From an uncultured Clostridia bacterium (GTDB lineage Bacteria; Bacillota; Clostridia; Christensenellales; CAG-917): 64,000 bases of DNA. The stretch spans positions 11,107 to 75,106 of the forward strand of contig CANQNC010000004.1 in the NCBI GenBank assembly GCA_947625145.1. The letters are read 5' to 3'. The position numbers and the translations under genes were made by a program. Of the stretch, positions 60,501 to 64,000 are shown piece by piece; position 1 is the first letter of the stretch; the number at the start of each line of letters is the position of its first letter. Below the pieces are notes generated by a model, which saw nothing but the letters and a program-made list of their open reading frames with translations, did no database searches and was not told the DNA's origin.

Positions 60501-62414
60501 GGGGAGCTGATAGAACGCCTGATTTTTTCTGTCAAGCAGGAAGAGCCCCGCGGGCATGGACAGGATGGAGTCCATACTGCCCTGCGCAAACGAGAAGGTC
60601 TGTTCCGCGATCTCGCCGCCGTCGTTGTACAGCAAGGCGTAGCCCATGCCGTCAAGATAGAGGCTTGCGCTTGCGCCGTTATACTCGCCCTCGAAAGCGC
60701 CGTAAAGGGACAGGTCGCCGACCACAAGATCGTATCTGGGCAGGAAAGTGTCCGAATAGCCCCTGACGGAGGTTTGCATTTCAACGAGATATTGCGCGTA
60801 GGAGCCGCTTTCGCTCTGCGCGGTCACAAGCACGCAACCTCTCGAGTCAAACTCATAGTAGCCCTCGAAATAGTCGTCCGCGCTGACGTACGCCTTGCCG
60901 TAGCCGTCCAAAATGACGATCGGGTCCGAACTGCTCGCGCCCACGTATGCGCCGACTTCCTCTCCTCTGAGCTGGAAGACGTCGACGTTCGCATGCCCCT
61001 GATCGTCGGCAGGTACAGTGCCAAGCGCCATAAACACATTGACTTGATAGCGCGCGCCGCTTCTTTCCTCATAAAAAGCGAACGCAAACTCTTCCGTGTT
61101 GTTGTTGTACCAAAGGGCGCCCTCGTACTCTCCCGCGCGGAGAGTCCCCGCATACTTGCTCGAAAGGTCTGTCGACGAGGAGATGAAGCCAACCGACTTT
61201 CCGCTTCCCACAGTCAGCTTTGCCGCGCCGTAGTCGTCCAATATCTCAAGACTGCACGAGGCGTCCATGTCCCCTTCGAGGCCGTCGAAGAAGATGAAGT
61301 TTGTCCCCTTGTCGAGACTGCTTTCAAACGAGAAGTGTCCGTCGGGATACACCTTGCCTTTGAGGGCGTTTCCGCGCTCGGTGAGGAACACAAATTCCCC
61401 CGTCTCCTCGTTGAAGGTGCCCTCGATCTCGGAATAGTTGTCCGCGACTGCGGGCATGCTCATGCACCTTGCAAGATACGCCTTGCCGTTTGTGTGAGAG
61501 GACGCAAAGACAAAATCTTTGCCCATGCTCGGCAACTCGTCGCCGCCGTAAATATCGCCGTTGTTGAGAAGATTGACGCTTTCATAGCCCTTGTCCCAAA
61601 CGGCAAACAAAGTGAAGTCCTCGTCGGGAAGCCCCGCCTCCTCGCTGCCCATGGGAAGTTGCTCGTAGGGCTGATAAATCCTGCCGTTGCCCGAGCGCGA
61701 AAGGGACCAACCCGCAAAACGGTTGCCCGCAAGTTTGTAGTTGTTGGGCTGTATCGTGAAGTTTTGCCCGAATTTGTAGGACTGCGTGGGGATACCGTCG
61801 CCGACCGCGCCCGTGAGGTTGGCGTCATACGCCACGTTTATGTCCTTGGGCAAGTAGTACACCATGATCTCGTTGTCCTTTTGGGACATCAGGTGATTTG
61901 TGATGTCGCTTTGATCGATTATGCGCCGCTCGTAGCCGCGAAGCTCGGGGATATAGCTTGTGACGTCCATGGCGCCGCCCGGTTCCGCCTCAAAAGGCCC
62001 CGCCTGCTTGTCAACTGCAGGCTCGTAATTGCCCGTGGCCGCGCTTTGTATCTGCGGGACGATCGTAAAATGCACCACCCACTTTGCGTAGTAGGTCACG
62101 TCCTCGTTGGGCATGACGTCGGGGAGCGTAACTTTGTCCCCCGAAAAGTCATCGTCAAGATACCAACCGCCGAAATATACGCCGTCCATCACGGGGTCTT
62201 CGGGGATAAGTTTGGAAATATCCGCTCCGCCCTTTGCCTTTATGGGCTCGGTTTCGTCGCCGCCGTTGGTTTCGAACGTCATGGTGTGCGTCTTTCCGTC
62301 CCCCGTCGGATTTTTCTTCTCCGCGGGGTCGCAAGCGGCAAGCGCGAGGGTTGCCGCGATCGCCAAAACCAAACACAGGACAAGGGACAGTATCCACTTC
62401 TTTTTGTTGCTCAT
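57528..62414 (-). CDS. giant surface lipoprotein (1,628 aa): two Listeria-Bacteroides (InlB B-type) repeats followed by unrecognised Y/G/D/E-rich repeat modules
   Basis: ATG 62414 lies 5 nt after AAGGAGG. The signal peptide plus lipobox is LAIAATLALAAC. The first repeat is HTMTFETNGG...GVYFGGWYLDDD...VTYYAKW (62079-62288) and the second ends FAGWSL...DFTLFAVW. A recurring motif L-D-x-[YFM]-G-x-A follows. Confidence 0.8.
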   Translation of the reverse strand: MSNKKKWILSLVLCLVLAIAATLALAACDPAEKKNPTGDGKTHTMTFETNGGDETEPIKAKGGADISKLIPEDPVMDGVYFGGWYLDDDFSGDKVTLPDVMPNEDVTYYAKWVVHFTIVPQIQSAATGNYEPAVDKQAGPFEAEPGGAMDVTSYIPELRGYERRIIDQSDITNHLMSQKDNEIMVYYLPKDINVAYDANLTGAVGDGIPTQSYKFGQNFTIQPNNYKLAGNRFAGWSLSRSGNGRIYQPYEQLPMGSEEAGLPDEDFTLFAVWDKGYESVNLLNNGDIYGGDELPSMGKDFVFASSHTNGKAYLARCMSMPAVADNYSEIEGTFNEETGEFVFLTERGNALKGKVYPDGHFSFESSLDKGTNFIFFDGLEGDMDASCSLEILDDYGAAKLTVGSGKSVGFISSSTDLSSKYAGTLRAGEYEGALWYNNNTEEFAFAFYEERSGARYQVNVFMALGTVPADDQGHANVDVFQLRGEEVGAYVGASSSDPIVILDGYGKAYVSADDYFEGYYEFDSRGCVLVTAQSESGSYAQYLVEMQTSVRGYSDTFLPRYDLVVGDLSLYGAFEGEYNGASASLYLDGMGYALLYNDGGEIAEQTFSFAQGSMDSILSMPAGLFLLDRKNQAFYQLPELPSIRSIADPNIGYEEDLGLLLELDGEDAYLVLKNVDAYDSVVQGSVSDATDVDAQSMKMFTSTTFCFVFSWNEEAKKYYANENGVMLGGVTFSVDGGEGELTFAQDGALTYTPAEGNKLEAQKGEYLYINGLIKVSSGEDFIAFLIVDLNHCEALSANIYTLYMAGMVGEEMEIGLIAQSKDNGYGWMLALGEDGEQEFYGAGVLDVYNGVENGYYFTAGDSLYMYCLREAEEGTVAIFPNVVYLYSDTFDATEDADKSTLKLDYFGNATYVNNEGEKFEGLVETRSWYYFFSGQKEGGEPLEFFFELDGSYYEFAIVQPYELRIAMDPMNWDAPEFIIKVETAEDGTGHNVASIYEPELSNDTYVLGDMIDSGYVEDGETENYFKFVGSQYNFEFYLNTSVNRENGGYYMLKREEMKEGTFEEDVAGAGDGAESVTAPSIQLDKFGNATFTDEKGVPHEGTYTSATGWYEWFMFVSYLGNTETNEPEVSFVFAIEDGKLVRYDVESDEIGEVYSFTYSGQTYYIKFPANASGAQVDVKLQQVGADGKVVDIAAGKVNITDGDLQGDGDVYCEFVCGAVVDGQTVPDQIKNLKFKLLNVSGSRILLRYDSSLDFTLNNILGGNFYLFYYYGATRSDGTNFLNVIGSFSCNGYLDEAVLDVYDDEMHGAIVDIESGYDESGSIYIYYTFMEDKTGYQYIVYAQEDPETEQFYYVLHDDYMGPLLQYFPAAGSAYFSGLYADGLGMLILMSESDYDIYGFYDVRRETVYYNDGSGVYRYYMDVYTESSYGGLILSGSFRLYITSRYIAFTMETSDLEGLKVLADDMSVLHFDGYDTVTLMDVYGNVRQGTFTISDYTSDGYDLIIVDDYYNQYLYHVGFGRSGAYAYRMDYSTYANAEVVGELDIHKGGAAAGYEGTAEFYHVINGNNEKPLKIEGQYSYDNAAGSGKFVGSYVAVDEEKNETVMHVEFEFSIDINGILTISNYTETAAE

Positions 62415-62570
62415 GAGCGCCTCCTTCAAGACATATGCGCCGCGTTTGTCGGGACAGATTGCCCTTTGCGGCGTTGCCGTGCCGTTTGTCCGCTCTGTAT
62501 GCGCCAAGGACAAACATAGCGTGATCTTCGGATAAATGTATATACCTATAATTATACATTTTATGAAATC

Positions 62571-62599
62571 ATGATACAACCGACCGCCCTTTATGTCAA
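62571..62599 (-). promoter_or_regulatory. candidate promoter of the giant lipoprotein gene
   Basis: On the minus strand: TTGACA (62599-62594), 17-nt spacer, TATCAT (62576-62571). The leader is about 150 nt and contains hairpin GTTTGTCC...GGACAAAC. Confidence 0.5.
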
Positions 62600-62842
62600 C
62601 TTTTTGAATGTATAAATTTTTCATGAAAAACGGATAGACTCGGATTTTATGCATTCATTCCCGCCGATTATACAACATTGCGGCAAAATTATGCGTTTTT
62701 GCACCGCGGCCGAACGCAAAACCGCATACTCGCAACGACAAATCGGCGTATACAACGTTAGAACGCGCTATACGCCGCGACAAAACCGTGTATGCGTCGC
62801 GGAAAACACGTGTATACTACATGCAGACGCGCAATTTGCGGA

Positions 62843-62875
62843 TATGAAAAGGGGTCGCAATATCTGCGACCCCTT
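62843..62875 (-). terminator. intrinsic terminator of the upstream large gene
   Basis: On the minus strand: AAGGGGTCGC-AGATATT-GCGACCCCTT followed by TTCATAT. Confidence 0.6.
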
Positions 62876-62906
62876 GTTGCGCCTTAAAACCCGCTTTATC
62901 TTCGGA

Positions 62907-64000
62907 TCAAGCGTCTTTTGTGACAGTAACGCTTGCGGAATACGACGTCTTGCTCGGATTTTGCGTGACCACGATCGTCATCGTGTAGGTGCCTTGCGCC
63001 GTCGTGACCGTAAACACGTTTGTGCCCCGCATGCAGTCGTTCTCTATCGTTTCGAGGGTGTAATTCGTCCTTACGACGCTTATGACCGCCAATTGATCCG
63101 CATATGCCCAGTTGCTTGTCGTGTCATAGACTTCGTAGATATCCTCCGCCTTGACCTCGCAATTCGAGCAATCGGCATAGTACGAAGCGTCGTCCTTCAT
63201 CATGCGCTCATCCACAAAGAACTTCCAACGATTCAACCTTACCTCAAGCGAGCCGCCTTCCACGTCATAACTCACGACATATTCCGCATTTTCGTCGCTG
63301 TAGATTGAGACTTCGACAGTGCAAGCGCCCTCTGCGTCCACCTTGGAGGAAACGATCGCCCTTGTCGTCCATGTCTTTTCGCTTTCGGGAGCGTCGGGAC
63401 GTTCGCACTCTTGGAAGTTGAGCACTTCTGCGATCTTGTTGTCCTTTATGCTGACTTGCAATCTGTACACGCCGTCGTCGGAATCCATAATCCTGTTCAT
63501 GCCTATGACGTCGAGTTTGCACGCGCTCTCCTCAAATTCAGAGATATCGAAGATGGAGCCGTCGCTCATGGTCAGACGCACGACGCCCGACCCGCTCTTG
63601 ATCTGCGCGCTTGCCGCCGCGGAGCCGTCATACCACGCGTTGAGGGTCACTCCCGCATAGCTGTTGCCGTAGGTCGCAATGACGATCTGCAATCTGATCT
63701 GCACGCTGCCCACGTCAAACGTGTGAATGACGGGATTTGCGCTTGCACTGCGGGACGTCCTGAACGCGAGCGAGTTGTCAAGCGTGATCTGCGGCAACGC
63801 TTCGAGGACAACGCCGCTGTCGACATATGTCTCGTCAGCTTGCTTGTAGTACAGCCTCACGCCGTTTTCCTCGGGCATGTACAGCGCGACAGTGGAAACG
63901 TCCTGAAGCGTGACCTTTTTGATAAGCGAACCCTCTTCGAAATAGTACGCCGCGGTGTTTTGGAAGCTCACGTAGCTGATGCCGTTCATATCGTCGTTTT
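62907..64000 (-). CDS. partial CDS (C-terminal 360+ aa; the frame is open to the window end): hypothetical large secreted protein
   Basis: The reading frame continues upstream of the first in-window ATG (63989) with no stop before position 64000. Its composition is similar to the giant lipoprotein (Y/D/E/V/S rich). I recognise no family. Confidence 0.6.
   Translation of the reverse strand, partial: NDDMNGISYVSFQNTAAYYFEEGSLIKKVTLQDVSTVALYMPEENGVRLYYKQADETYVDSGVVLEALPQITLDNSLAFRTSRSASANPVIHTFDVGSVQIRLQIVIATYGNSYAGVTLNAWYDGSAAASAQIKSGSGVVRLTMSDGSIFDISEFEESACKLDVIGMNRIMDSDDGVYRLQVSIKDNKIAEVLNFQECERPDAPESEKTWTTRAIVSSKVDAEGACTVEVSIYSDENAEYVVSYDVEGGSLEVRLNRWKFFVDERMMKDDASYYADCSNCEVKAEDIYEVYDTTSNWAYADQLAVISVVRTNYTLETIENDCMRGTNVFTVTTAQGTYTMTIVVTQNPSKTSYSASVTVTKDA

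Noticed and set aside
57603-62519. 603-aa and 853-aa plus-strand ORFs (57603-59414 and 59958-62519)
   Set aside because: They are antisense to the giant lipoprotein gene. Their composition is R/H/V-rich and shadow-like, and they lack an RBS and any signal. The minus-strand frame has a lipobox, a strong RBS and recognisable InlB-B repeats.

Overview
The window is a chromosomal, mostly housekeeping segment of a moderately GC-rich, endospore-forming Firmicute that looks Clostridia-like. Supporting signs are the yqfC/yqfD sporulation genes next to phoH, AGGAGG-type ribosome-binding sites, and tRNA genes that all encode CCA. I call about 47 protein genes; all but 8 of them, and all five tRNAs, are on the minus strand.

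Gene content in coordinate order:
- a truncated membrane-protein gene, then phoH-yqfD-yqfC
- a 5-tRNA operon (transcribed Gly-Arg-His-Gln-Lys)
- pncB, lgt, and divergent galK/galT
- hup, pnp-rpsO
- a NifU-like + GGGtGRT gene pair
- an AT-rich AbiEi/AbiEii (type IV toxin-antitoxin / abortive infection) islet
- dnaB with a long acidic tail, pepF, and a DUF1846 gene
- a type IIA topoisomerase B/A pair, a hydrolase, murG, degV, and an S1 protease
- nifS-nifU, yebC, a TrmH-family methyltransferase, infC-rpmI-rplT
- a complete purE-C-F-M-N-(purO-type cyclohydrolase)-purH-purD-purL operon
- a heterodimeric ABC exporter
- a 1,628-aa lipoprotein built from an unrecognised repeat module
- the C-terminal part of a second large protein that runs off the window end

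I found no rRNA, CRISPR array, transposase or integrase.

The least explained signals are non-coding:
1. Two tandem units (3021-3527) show compensatory base-pair changes between copies, and one of them contains an inverted, interrupted copy of the neighbouring tRNA-Lys 3' half.
2. A roughly 930-bp repeat-dense intergenic block lies at 10590-11520, including a 171-bp unit with perfect 18-bp terminal inverted repeats.
3. An array of about 11 TTTTGACTCGC-like repeats sits between two convergent terminators (33329-33510).
4. The pur operon leader has a terminator-type attenuator and no aptamer I can recognise.
5. A structured tract lies downstream of the giant lipoprotein gene (57387-57527).

All calls rest on reading the sequence and on remembered family signatures. 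No database search was run.
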